IMG/VR virus record: IMGVR_UViG_3300044297_000174
Span: 1-36,847 of that record
DNA: 36,847 nt
Source of the DNA: a virus
Taxonomy: Duplodnaviria > Caudoviricetes
Reading direction: 5' to 3' (one strand)
Shown: piece after piece, positions 26,629 to 34,755 of the stretch
How positions within the stretch are numbered: position 1 is the stretch's first letter
Layout of the letters: each line of letters starts with the position of its first letter
Position numbers and translations under genes: made by a program
Notes under the pieces: generated by a model
Told to the model about the DNA's origin: nothing
What the model saw: only the letters and a program-made list of their open reading frames with translations
Database searches by the model: none

Positions 26629-26897
26629 GCTCGCTCAGCGAATACCTGCTTGGCCAGATAGCGCAAGCGACGCAATCGCTGCAATCAGGGCAGCGCGAGA
26701 CGCAGCAGAAGCTCGACAAGCTGTCCGAGAAGATGGACGCGCGCTTGACCGACCTCGAGGAACAGTTCGAGGAGAAGCGGGCTTGGGAACAGCGGATCGT
26801 CTGGCTGGGATTGGCTCTGTTCGCTTCGATCGTCTTGAACTGGAACCCGGAACGAGCAGGGGAGATACTAGCGTCAGCGCTGCGGGGGCTGAAATGA
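26625..26897 (+). CDS. Coiled-coil + TM protein (holin candidate)
   Basis: ATGA overlap and a single C-terminal TM segment. Confidence 0.55.
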   Translation: MSSLSEYLLGQIAQATQSLQSGQRETQQKLDKLSEKMDARLTDLEEQFEEKRAWEQRIVWLGLALFASIVLNWNPERAGEILASALRGLK

Positions 26898-27010
26898 GCC
26901 GACCGCAGCGCATGGGAAAAGAGATCTGTTATGCCCTGCTATTTGCGTTCACGATGATCGCGCTGTTTGGCGTCGGGCAGATCGTCATGTATGCAATCGC
27001 CAAATACTGA
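26894..27010 (+). CDS. Small TM peptide (38 aa)
   Basis: ATGA overlap and a hydrophobic ICYALLFAFTMIALFGVGQIVMYAI stretch. Confidence 0.5.
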   Translation: MSRPQRMGKEICYALLFAFTMIALFGVGQIVMYAIAKY

Positions 27011-27025
27011 CTGGGGCTTGTTCTC

Positions 27026-27370
27026 CTATTGCGCAGCTATGCCAGCGGCGCGCTCAATCTCTCGCACTCGGCGCGTGCCTTCTGCAATCAAGTCTGGCTC
27101 TCCGCTCTCGTGCACCATGTCGAGAACCTGCCACCGCAGATTACCGAACGTTGGACAGAAACAATCGTACTGATCGCGCGCCCAGCCGTCCAAGTCGAGA
27201 CACGCTTCGCACGTCTTAAACGTCTTGGGCTCGCCATCCCACACGCCCCATAGGTTGCGGTAGGTTTCACCAGGCTGGATCATGCGCCCGCACTCGCAGC
27301 ACTTGTGCGGCTTGCGAGCTTTCGGCTTGCTCTCGTGATACGTTGACGGGCCGTCGCCGCAGTCACACAT
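27026..27370 (-). CDS. Cys-rich putative Zn-binding protein
   Basis: ARKPHKCCECG..I.PGE.Y and KTCEAC motifs with an AGGAG RBS. Confidence 0.75.
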   Translation of the reverse strand: MCDCGDGPSTYHESKPKARKPHKCCECGRMIQPGETYRNLWGVWDGEPKTFKTCEACLDLDGWARDQYDCFCPTFGNLRWQVLDMVHESGEPDLIAEGTRRVREIERAAGIAAQ

Positions 27371-27389
27371 CAGGGCCTTGCTCCTACGG

Positions 27390-27623
27390 TCACTGAGGAA
27401 TTGATAGGATACGTGTCGAGCCCCAACCGGACGTCCCCCGGTGCGGCCAAGGTTCGTGGCGAATGTCCGCCGCGTCGAGCACTGCGAACAATTCATTCAT
27501 CGCGTTCTCGCGCTGCGCTGCGCTGCGCAATCCGACCCGCGTCTCGCCATCCTTCCATGTGCGAACCCACGCGCCATCAATGTGCTTAATCAGCGGTCGG
27601 ATGCGTCGGCTGGCGGTGTACAT
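27390..27623 (-). CDS. Hypothetical protein
   Basis: GAGGGGG RBS. Tiles the array. Confidence 0.6.
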   Translation of the reverse strand: MYTASRRIRPLIKHIDGAWVRTWKDGETRVGLRSAAQRENAMNELFAVLDAADIRHEPWPHRGTSGWGSTRILSIPQ

Positions 27624-27630
27624 GGCGGCC

Positions 27631-27798
27631 TTACCCCCTCGTCTCGTCGAGCTTCGCAAACTGCTCAATGAAGAAGTTGACTATTCCTTCTTCCTCGGCC
27701 GTCTCGGGTCGGTACGCGCGCATCGCCTTGGCAATCAGCGCCCCGTCTCCTGGCTCTATCTCAAACGGCAGCTTGGTTTCCCACACTGGCGCTTCCAT
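27631..27798 (-). CDS. Hypothetical protein
   Basis: ATG follows the array linker. Confidence 0.6.
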   Translation of the reverse strand: MEAPVWETKLPFEIEPGDGALIAKAMRAYRPETAEEEGIVNFFIEQFAKLDETRG

Positions 27799-27809
27799 GG
27801 GGCTCGTTC

Positions 27810-28067
27810 TCACGTCGTTGGTGGTGTCGGAAGTGGCATCCAGTGCGTAGGCTTCACGATGCCTTTTATGTCGCGGTCGTCATACCACATTCCGGTGCCG
27901 CCAAGCTTCGGTTCCCACCAGATGACGCGCACCTTGTCGTCCGTGTCCTCATCTGGACAAAACCCCAAGATCGGAACCGCGACCATCGTTCTTGCGTCTG
28001 TCTTGGGAGCCGTCTCTATTGGCCGCCATTCCAACCAGACCTGCTGCGATGTGAAATCCTGCGGCAT
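27810..28067 (-). CDS. DUF551-like protein
   Basis: WRPIETAPK...PTHWMPLPTPP. Confidence 0.78.
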   Translation of the reverse strand: MPQDFTSQQVWLEWRPIETAPKTDARTMVAVPILGFCPDEDTDDKVRVIWWEPKLGGTGMWYDDRDIKGIVKPTHWMPLPTPPTT

Positions 28068-28085
28068 CTCGGGGCTCACTCCGTC

Positions 28086-28271
28086 TCAAAATGGGTGGTC
28101 ATCTGCCATCGTTCTTTCCGGTAGAGGCACCGGGCCAACACGCACAAGCCGGTACTCTCCCGCGTCGTGCCTCACCCCATTGACGATGATTTCGGTCGGG
28201 AGGATCAGGTTGCGATGGACGCTCATGGCGTGCAGCGCGTCAATAAGTGCGTCAGTGTCATCGCGATCCAT
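28086..28271 (-). CDS. Hypothetical protein
   Basis: GGAG RBS. Tiles the array. Confidence 0.6.
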   Translation of the reverse strand: MDRDDTDALIDALHAMSVHRNLILPTEIIVNGVRHDAGEYRLVRVGPVPLPERTMADDHPF

Positions 28272-28287
28272 CTCTGGCGTCACTCCA

Positions 28288-28500
28288 CTATTCGTTGATC
28301 GGTTCTGGCAGTGGGTGCCAGTACGGAATATCCCAGTCGCCGTTATAGCCATCGGCGTATAACTTCGACGGCAGTCCGTCGCGGCCTTTCCATACTCGCC
28401 CCATCCGCCAACCTGTCGGTTTGCCGGTTTTGGTTTCGATGTCGCGCACCCACACCAAGATTGGTGCACCTTCAGGTGCGTTATCTGCTGTGCGCTCCAC
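28288..28500 (-). CDS. DUF551-like protein
   Basis: APEGAPILVW...YWHPLPEP with a GAGGA RBS. Confidence 0.68.
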   Translation of the reverse strand: MERTADNAPEGAPILVWVRDIETKTGKPTGWRMGRVWKGRDGLPSKLYADGYNGDWDIPYWHPLPEPINE

Positions 28501-28513
28501 GGGCCTCGTTCCT

Positions 28514-28786
28514 CTATTCGGCGTCCACGTCTTCGGGCTCGTCCTGCATGCAGTCGTAGTAGTGCTTATCCACTCGCTTCGTCAGGCCGTCGCCTTCCTT
28601 CTCGCCCATCGTGTAGAGCGCGAACAGTTCGTCAGGTGTCGCCTTGCCTTCCTTCACCAGCCGAAGGTTCTCGGCGAACTCCATTAGCGAGTAGGCGTAG
28701 GCGCACGCCATGTCCTCTTTGCTGGATCGCAGCGCGCGTTCGACCCCGGCCATCAATCCATCCAGTGATACACGCATGCCTGCCAT
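28514..28786 (-). CDS. Hypothetical protein
   Basis: AAGGA RBS. Tiles the array. Confidence 0.68.
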   Translation of the reverse strand: MAGMRVSLDGLMAGVERALRSSKEDMACAYAYSLMEFAENLRLVKEGKATPDELFALYTMGEKEGDGLTKRVDKHYYDCMQDEPEDVDAE

Positions 28787-28801
28787 GGGGCTCGTTCCTT
28801 C

Positions 28802-29035
28802 TCAGTTCTCGCGTCCACCAGCGGGCCAAACCGTTGCCAGTTCGCCAGTGCCGACCGCTTTCCACTTTGTCACACCTTTGCGCGGGCCGATGACGGTGAT
28901 GACCTCGCCAAACTCCGCATAGCGCCGAGCGGCTTGCGCGGCTTCCTTTGCAGATTTGCAGCCAACCGTCACGGCCGCGGCAATCGCATCGTTGCCGATG
29001 TGCGCGAGATATTTGGCCTCGAAGATCGCCGTCAT
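28802..29035 (-). CDS. Hypothetical protein
   Basis: GGGAGA RBS. First gene after the leftward promoter. Confidence 0.68.
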   Translation of the reverse strand: MTAIFEAKYLAHIGNDAIAAAVTVGCKSAKEAAQAARRYAEFGEVITVIGPRKGVTKWKAVGTGELATVWPAGGREN

Positions 29036-29061
29036 GTCGCTCTCCCGTGTCTGATGTTGAG

Positions 29062-29103
29062 AACATAAGCCCCATTGACAGTCGTGTCAAGTGCCTTTAT
29101 ACA
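29062..29103. promoter_or_regulatory. Overlapping divergent sigma70 promoters
   Basis: Palindrome TTGACA-GTCG-TGTCAA at 29075-29090. Leftward TTGACA-N17-TATGTT and rightward TTGACA-N17-TATACA. Confidence 0.75.
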
Positions 29104-29110
29104 TCGCTTC

Positions 29111-29746
29111 ATGAAGAAAGAAATGCAGACCAGTCACGTGTGCCGAGTTCTGTTGCGCCCCGCTCGCGGCTCGCCGGAAGCGGATCAACGCAGCGACGCG
29201 GCAGCCGTGGCTGGTAAAGGTGCACGGCTGCAAGAGTTCACGGGCGACGCCTACGAAGATTGGGCGACGCACGCGCGCCCCGATGACGTGCTGATTGTGC
29301 ATCGCCTTGAATTGATCCCGCCTATTCGCTCGCGCCGTTGTCCATCACCGGCCAACGCACTGGCGGAAATCAGAGGCGTCATTCGAGGTCGCGGCGCAAC
29401 GTTGATCGAAAGCAAGACGGCAACCGAACCGGACGCGAAACGCTGGCGGGAAGCTATTGCAAACGTGCGGCGCGGCGCGCGCATCATTCACAAGCGCGAG
29501 CGCCTTGTTGCCGGTGGGAAAGCCACGGCGGAAAAGAACAAGCGGGAAAGCCCCGTGCTATATTGGAAGTCGAGCCCGCGCCGCGCTGCGATGCAGGCAA
29601 TATGGATGTCCCGCGCGTTCGCCAACAGCGATGAGGCGCGCGACGCGGTGAACGTCGAATGTGACAAGCTGGGATTGCCCCGCGTTGGAAGCGTGTCGAG
29701 TTGCATCCGTGCGTTTGGCGATCGTGGCATCAAGAGCAAGAGATAG
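29111..29746 (+). CDS. Degenerate serine-resolvase-like protein, probably a DNA-binding regulator
   Basis: ARPDDVLIVHRLE...RGATLIE resembles the resolvase LRPGDTLVVWKLDR...GV.L.S pattern. The RVST and DRLGR catalytic motifs are absent. The C-terminus may be an HTH. Confidence 0.55.
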   Translation: MKKEMQTSHVCRVLLRPARGSPEADQRSDAAAVAGKGARLQEFTGDAYEDWATHARPDDVLIVHRLELIPPIRSRRCPSPANALAEIRGVIRGRGATLIESKTATEPDAKRWREAIANVRRGARIIHKRERLVAGGKATAEKNKRESPVLYWKSSPRRAAMQAIWMSRAFANSDEARDAVNVECDKLGLPRVGSVSSCIRAFGDRGIKSKR

Positions 29747-29760
29747 AGGAGTGTTGGCCG

Positions 29761-29988
29761 ATGTCTTTTTTGAGCGAGCCGAACGTGCATGCGATCAGAC
29801 TATGGGAGCCGGAGCACGAGTGCTGCATCTGCGGCGACATCGGACCGCACAAGCATGCGGTAGCCTACTGCTGCGGGCCGACGCACGACGAAATCGGCGC
29901 AATGAGTAGTCAGTATCGCGGTCATGAGGTCGGTGGTATGCCGGCCTGCAAGGTGTGCCACGATCGGCACTATGCAATTGTCGAATAA
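29761..29988 (+). CDS. Cys-rich hypothetical protein
   Basis: GAGGAG RBS and CCIC...CKVCH. Confidence 0.68.
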   Translation: MSFLSEPNVHAIRLWEPEHECCICGDIGPHKHAVAYCCGPTHDEIGAMSSQYRGHEVGGMPACKVCHDRHYAIVE

Positions 29989-29999
29989 GGAGCCGGGCC

Positions 30000-30239
30000 A
30001 TGCTGACACTACTCCCAAGCGATGCAGTGCAGACACCGACGACCCGCTTGATTGACGAGCACGCAAGACAGCTTGTGCGCATCGCAGAGTTGGAGGCGGG
30101 CATGCGCACGTTGGCCGATACCGTTGCTCGTGTCGGATACGATGGCCGCCTTCTGCCGAGCGAAAAGCGCATTGCCTTTCAGTGCGCGCAGCACGTCCGC
30201 GACGCGATTGCGAAGCTGAACATTGCAACGAAGGACTGA
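30000..30239 (+). CDS. Hypothetical protein
   Basis: AAGGAG RBS and RIAELEA heptad. Confidence 0.65.
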   Translation: MLTLLPSDAVQTPTTRLIDEHARQLVRIAELEAGMRTLADTVARVGYDGRLLPSEKRIAFQCAQHVRDAIAKLNIATKD

Positions 30240-30371
30240 GGAGGCCCATTCCCACACTGCTCCCACCACTGGCCGGCGGTTCTGAGCAGTTCCCAGCACG
30301 TTCCCGCATCGTCCGACCAAACACAACCGAACGCGACAAGATGCTAAGTAGTTGTAAAACTTAGTAAATGA

Positions 30372-30419
30372 TGGCGCACCCAAGAGGATTCGAACCTCTG
30401 ACCTTTGCCTTCGGAGGGC
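30372..30419 (-). other. attP core: 3' half of tRNA-Arg(CCG)
   Basis: The minus strand reads GCC-CT-CCG-AA-GGCAAAGGTC-AGAGG-TTCGAAT-CCTCT-TGGGTGCG-CCA. There is no D-arm or 5' acceptor strand. It lies next to the integrase 3' end. Confidence 0.88.
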
Positions 30420-30466
30420 GCGGTTCGACAGCACGAGTATGCGCAAAAACACCAGGAAAACGCACG

Positions 30467-31546
30467 TTATGGCGTCGTCGGGCTGGGCGCGATTTCCAGA
30501 ATGTTCCCACTAGCCAAGAGGGAATCGCCTACTGAGTGAACCCCTGCCGTCCACTCCTTCCGCTCAAGATGACCATAGAGCTTGCTCAACACCTCTATGG
30601 TCTTCCATCCCCCGGCATCCTTGACGTACTGGAGGGAGTAGCCTGCCCTCAGCATCCGCGTAGCGAAGGCGTGGCGCCCAAATTCGTGTGGGGCGTAGTA
30701 GTCCAGCCCGGCTGCTTGGCAGGCTTCCCGCACGTCCCTGCGCACGTTGGAGGCCCCATTCGGGCCAGACCCGAACAGCCACTTCCGGCGGGGTAGCTCG
30801 AGCATCATCGGCACCAGGCGCGGGTGGAGGTCCACAAGCACGGGCTCGCCGTTCTTGGTCCGGCCGATTATGAGGGTGCCGCGGCCATCGTCGAAGTCGC
30901 CGGGGCGCCGTCCTAGCGCATCTCCCAACCGTCTCCCGTGCAGGGTGAGGAAGTAGACCAGACACCGCGTGTTGACGCCCATATGCGCCGTGACGGCAGG
31001 GAACCAGCTATCGGGCGGAATCTCGATGTGGGTGCGCTCTGCCCGGTCCTTATGCCCCTTAGGCCGCGTCAGCCTTGGGGCGTGCTCTCTGAGCGCCATC
31101 GACAGCACGGCAACGACTGGCGTGTAGAGGTGGCGGTTGATGTAGGATGGGGCAGCGTCGGCCTTGAACATCGCCCTACGGGCGGCAAGGATCGCGCTGT
31201 CGTCGATCTCTATGCAGGGGCGGGAGCCTAAATGCTGGATCAGCTTCTCGGCGTAAAGCGGCAGCGGATGGCCGGCGTCGAGGTAGTTGGTCAGGGCGAT
31301 CGCGAAGGTGATCGGTCTGAACGTGCGTGAGGCGTCTTCCTCATAGGCGGCGTTCAGCCGATCCGTTTCCGCCTTTCGCGAAGCTGCTGTACCCGATTCA
31401 AGGCTATGCTGGCGTCGCTCATAGGCAATTCCGCCGTCTTGCGTGCGGACCGGCACGAAGCCGCGGGCGCAGTAGTATGGCGTGCCGTCAGGACGCCTTC
31501 TGAGGACGACGTGGAGCTTGGATCGGATGGGCTTCTTGGGCCGCAT
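30467..31546 (-). CDS. int: Tyrosine integrase
   Basis: Catalytic set GRRLGDAL (R), RTKNG (K), HEFGRHAFAT, GGWK and LYGH (Y). Confidence 0.92.
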   Translation of the reverse strand: MRPKKPIRSKLHVVLRRRPDGTPYYCARGFVPVRTQDGGIAYERRQHSLESGTAASRKAETDRLNAAYEEDASRTFRPITFAIALTNYLDAGHPLPLYAEKLIQHLGSRPCIEIDDSAILAARRAMFKADAAPSYINRHLYTPVVAVLSMALREHAPRLTRPKGHKDRAERTHIEIPPDSWFPAVTAHMGVNTRCLVYFLTLHGRRLGDALGRRPGDFDDGRGTLIIGRTKNGEPVLVDLHPRLVPMMLELPRRKWLFGSGPNGASNVRRDVREACQAAGLDYYAPHEFGRHAFATRMLRAGYSLQYVKDAGGWKTIEVLSKLYGHLERKEWTAGVHSVGDSLLASGNILEIAPSPTTP

Positions 31547-31722
31547 GACGCCTCCAGATCGGCAAAGAAACGGGTGATCAGCGCATCCGTGGTGAGGACT
31601 CGCTTGCCGTATCTTAGCGCACATCCGGCGGCCATCATCTGCTCACGCAGGGCGCGTGTGGATGGCCGCACTTCTGGGGCGAACCGATCCAGGGCTTTTT
31701 CGATGGGGACGTACAAGCTCAT
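31354..31722 (-). CDS. Putative excisionase overlapping the integrase 5' end
   Basis: Short winged-helix-like N-terminus (STRALRE...RYGKRVL), GAGGGG RBS and position upstream of int. Confidence 0.55.
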   Translation of the reverse strand: MSLYVPIEKALDRFAPEVRPSTRALREQMMAAGCALRYGKRVLTTDALITRFFADLEASCGPRSPSDPSSTSSSEGVLTARHTTAPAASCRSARKTAELPMSDASIALNRVQQLRERRKRIG

Positions 31723-32039
31723 CTCCACCCCCTCAGCTTAACGCCGTCATGCCGGTTGCCCATGCGCTTTCCGTGCGCAACGGTCTTGGTATCTTCTGCC
31801 GCCTTGCCGTTCTTTCCCGCATCGCAATCAATGCAGATCGGCCAAAGGTTCTCTGGCACTTCCTTCCCGCCTTCTGCGTGCCTGACGATGTGATCCGCGC
31901 GCCAATCGCTCGGCTTTGTTGCGACTAGATCAATCGTGCAGCTGCACACGTGGCAGGTGAGGCACTTCCTGCCGAGCAGGTTGAACCATGCGTGAGTGTC
32001 AACGCAGATGCGGCGGGCCTTGGCGCTGTTGCGGTTCAT
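31719..32039 (-). CDS. HNH endonuclease
   Basis: CHVC...ADHIVRHAEGG...ENLWPICIDC. Confidence 0.82.
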   Translation of the reverse strand: MNRNSAKARRICVDTHAWFNLLGRKCLTCHVCSCTIDLVATKPSDWRADHIVRHAEGGKEVPENLWPICIDCDAGKNGKAAEDTKTVAHGKRMGNRHDGVKLRGWR

Positions 32040-32578
32040 GCTTTTTTTGTTTTCGCCTGCGATAATCCGAGCGCCTTGTTCAGTTCGTCTATTGGCGGCG
32101 ACTCAGGAGCCTTTTTCATCTCGGGCTGCTCTTTTGGTATAAACGGCTTAATATCTGGCCAATGCTCCATTAGGCGCTTCGTGCTTCGGAATGACCAGAG
32201 CTTGGCTCGCAATATATTTCGGGCTGACTCACGCTCCATGTTGAGTTTCATAGATTGAGCAATGAGTTCCATGTATCGCACTTCTAACGGGTGGCCCGCT
32301 TCATAAGCTTTATCACGATTTGGTACAGGCCGCTGTTTTGACATTTGCAGAGTAGCGCGTTCTTTGCCAAATAAGACGTGCAGATTCCTTCCTTTATACA
32401 ACCATCCATCTGGCACTCTTGCCATAAGCTTGCGTTCTGCAGTGGTATAAATATCATTATACACATCATCAGCAAGATAAGCCCATTTTTTGTGCATAAG
32501 TTCAATGTCGTTGTTAAACCGATACTTAATGACGGATGTCATGATACTTTTGCGCATCTCGTTCGTGAGTTTCATCAC
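32036..32578 (-). CDS. Nmad5-like (nucleotide-modification-associated) protein
   Basis: MKLTNEMR, VPDGWL, STKRLMEHWPD and LNKALGL motifs. AT-rich. Confidence 0.68.
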   Translation of the reverse strand: MMKLTNEMRKSIMTSVIKYRFNNDIELMHKKWAYLADDVYNDIYTTAERKLMARVPDGWLYKGRNLHVLFGKERATLQMSKQRPVPNRDKAYEAGHPLEVRYMELIAQSMKLNMERESARNILRAKLWSFRSTKRLMEHWPDIKPFIPKEQPEMKKAPESPPIDELNKALGLSQAKTKKA

Positions 32579-33066
32579 AGCGGCACCGTCGCGAATGTCT
32601 CCACCTTGACCGCTTTGCGCTCTGAAATCGGCGGCATGATTTTCGCCACCTTCAGATCCGTCTCAGCTTCGATCACGTCGTGCACCGCATCGAACAGAGC
32701 GCAGGCGTCGCGATGCGGCAGCGTGTCAAAGTCGATGCTCTTGCTCTGGATGATGTAAAACAGCGTATCGGCCGCACTGGTGAAATGGATCGGATCAGCC
32801 ATCGCCAGTTCGGCAGAGATTGCAGCTATCGCTTGCTGCGTAGTCATGTGTTCGGTCTCGACTGACTTGATCACGGCGTATCCCGCTTTCGCCTGCAGCC
32901 ACTTGCGCAAGTGTTCTTCCGTCGCCGGCTGAAACCTGTGATCCTCTGGCCAGTGTGAGAACGTGGCCTTCAGCATTGCGAAGTAGCGCCGATGCTGTGG
33001 AACAGAGCGCGGCTTGCCTTTCGGTTTTGCTTCGATCTCAACGCCGCAGTGTGGACAGTGGCTCAT
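32575..33066 (-). CDS. NinB/DUF1367-like protein
   Basis: RSVPQHRRYFAML...EHLRKWL...AGY...KSIDF. Confidence 0.6.
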   Translation of the reverse strand: MSHCPHCGVEIEAKPKGKPRSVPQHRRYFAMLKATFSHWPEDHRFQPATEEHLRKWLQAKAGYAVIKSVETEHMTTQQAIAAISAELAMADPIHFTSAADTLFYIIQSKSIDFDTLPHRDACALFDAVHDVIEAETDLKVAKIMPPISERKAVKVETFATVPL

Positions 33067-33263
33067 CTTCCGCTCTCCCGATTGGGGCCACTGCCATCCG
33101 CCCTGACAGTGGCCCCTATGCGCCCGCCCGCATTCAAAACAATCCGCTTCACGTCTTCTCTATCGACCTCAACGCCATGCTCTCTGAGGTCCACGATTAC
33201 GTCGTCGATCCCGAGACCCGCTTGGGCCATCTGCACGATCAGGACTCGGATGTGGTGGTCCAT
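33063..33263 (-). CDS. Hypothetical protein
   Basis: Tiles the operon with an ATGA overlap. Confidence 0.55.
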   Translation of the reverse strand: MDHHIRVLIVQMAQAGLGIDDVIVDLREHGVEVDREDVKRIVLNAGGRIGATVRADGSGPNRESGR

Positions 33264-33274
33264 AACGGTCGCTT

Positions 33275-33565
33275 TTACTGAGAAGCGGAAGTCGGCAGCA
33301 CGATCACGTGCGTGAGATGAATGCAATCGCCCGGAACTTTCACGACTGCGTGACCGGATGCGTTTACGAATGCTCCCGGCTCCTTCACCACGGTTTCCTT
33401 CCAACAGTCAGGAAGCCAGCGCGCCATCGGATAAACTCGCAAAGGAGTTCCGACTGGGTGCTCCTCGTTAAACTGATCGCACATAGCCTTTGCGTCCTTG
33501 CGCTTTGGTCCAGGCGGACGTGGATCGAAGAACCGTTTGTCGGTCTTTTCGCGCTCTGGTTTCAT
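33275..33565 (-). CDS. Hypothetical protein
   Basis: FNEEHPVGTP...SGHAVV...CIHLTHV. An alternative start lies at 33595. Confidence 0.68.
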   Translation of the reverse strand: MKPEREKTDKRFFDPRPPGPKRKDAKAMCDQFNEEHPVGTPLRVYPMARWLPDCWKETVVKEPGAFVNASGHAVVKVPGDCIHLTHVIVLPTSASQ

Positions 33566-33591
33566 GTCCGCTTTTCCATCTTTCCTGCCGT

Positions 33592-34755
33592 TCACTCCGC
33601 TGCCATAGGCGTGGAGTCGACATGCTTCGTCGCTTGCACCTTTTCGATCACGGCAGCGACCGCTGGCGCATCAAAATCAGGAATTGCATCCTCGACTTGC
33701 GGCGCTTCCTTCACGCCGTACCGTGACGGTTCGTTCTCAAGTGCGCGGTGCATGCTGTCGAACCCAGCCTGTAGCGCCATCAGCGTCATGACCTTCTCGA
33801 CCTCCGTCCACGACGTGGTGTGCAGATGCTCCACTAGAAGCGCAGCTTTCGCTTTCTTGTCCTCGCCGGACGTTGACGGATGGTGCTTCACCATCAGAGC
33901 TTGAATCTCGTCGATCACGATCTGCCGTTGCACACTGCGCCGGTCTCCAGCGGCCACGTATTCGTCGTCAGGAATGATGTCTTCTGACGTGCGCGTTACG
34001 TCTGCGCTTTCGTGCTTCGTTGCTTGCGCCAGGAACTCAAAGTGAGGCTTGAACGTATCGAACGTCGGGTTCGGGAATTGCTTTCCGTCAAGCGCCTTGG
34101 AACGGTCCTTGAGCACGATCGCAGAGCGCGTGACGGCTTTCGTTTGCAGATCCGTCTCGCGCTCCATCCACACCAGCATGTTGGGCTCGTATCCCAAGCC
34201 CTTCTCAGCGGCCATCTTCACGCCGGACTTCTCGATCTGCCGCTTGCCGTTGTCGTCCTCGTACTGCTCGTATTCCCAACCGAGACGGCCGCACATGATG
34301 ATGTGCAGGTTGGACGACACGAACCGATCCGTGAACCGACCCCATTCGCGCTTGAGGTACGCCCAGTCTTGAAACTCGAGCCGGTTGCGCTTCTTGACGT
34401 TCATGTAGCTCTGCTGAAGGTCGAGCCAAAAGTGCGTGATGCTGTCGATCAACAGAACGCTGGCGCACTTCTCGGCTTCGTTGACCGCAGGAACGAGGTC
34501 TTTGAAAGCGCGCGTCTTGGCGACCAGCAATTGCAGTCCGGCGCGGTCGAACTCTGGCTTGATCCAGCTCGATCCGTTCTCGGTATCGACGAGGAACACA
34601 GGCTTGCCGCTGTCCTCTATCCCGTTGTCCTTGAGATACTTCAGCAGTCCGATCGCGGTCAGCGTGGCCGTGTACGTCTTGCCGCTACCGGCCTCTCCCA
34701 TGAACCCGATCTTGGCTTTGGCCATGGTGTTCTCTGCTGGCTTGAAAAGGCTCAT
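33592..34755 (-). CDS. AAA P-loop ATPase, Sak4-like recombination protein
   Basis: Walker A GEAGSGKT, VDTENGS, Walker B LLIDSITH, KDR and NPTF motifs. Confidence 0.82.
   Translation of the reverse strand: MSLFKPAENTMAKAKIGFMGEAGSGKTYTATLTAIGLLKYLKDNGIEDSGKPVFLVDTENGSSWIKPEFDRAGLQLLVAKTRAFKDLVPAVNEAEKCASVLLIDSITHFWLDLQQSYMNVKKRNRLEFQDWAYLKREWGRFTDRFVSSNLHIIMCGRLGWEYEQYEDDNGKRQIEKSGVKMAAEKGLGYEPNMLVWMERETDLQTKAVTRSAIVLKDRSKALDGKQFPNPTFDTFKPHFEFLAQATKHESADVTRTSEDIIPDDEYVAAGDRRSVQRQIVIDEIQALMVKHHPSTSGEDKKAKAALLVEHLHTTSWTEVEKVMTLMALQAGFDSMHRALENEPSRYGVKEAPQVEDAIPDFDAPAVAAVIEKVQATKHVDSTPMAAE

Noticed and set aside
30372-30450. Complete tRNA-Arg gene
   Set aside because: There is no D-arm or 5' acceptor strand, and similarity stops in the anticodon stem.
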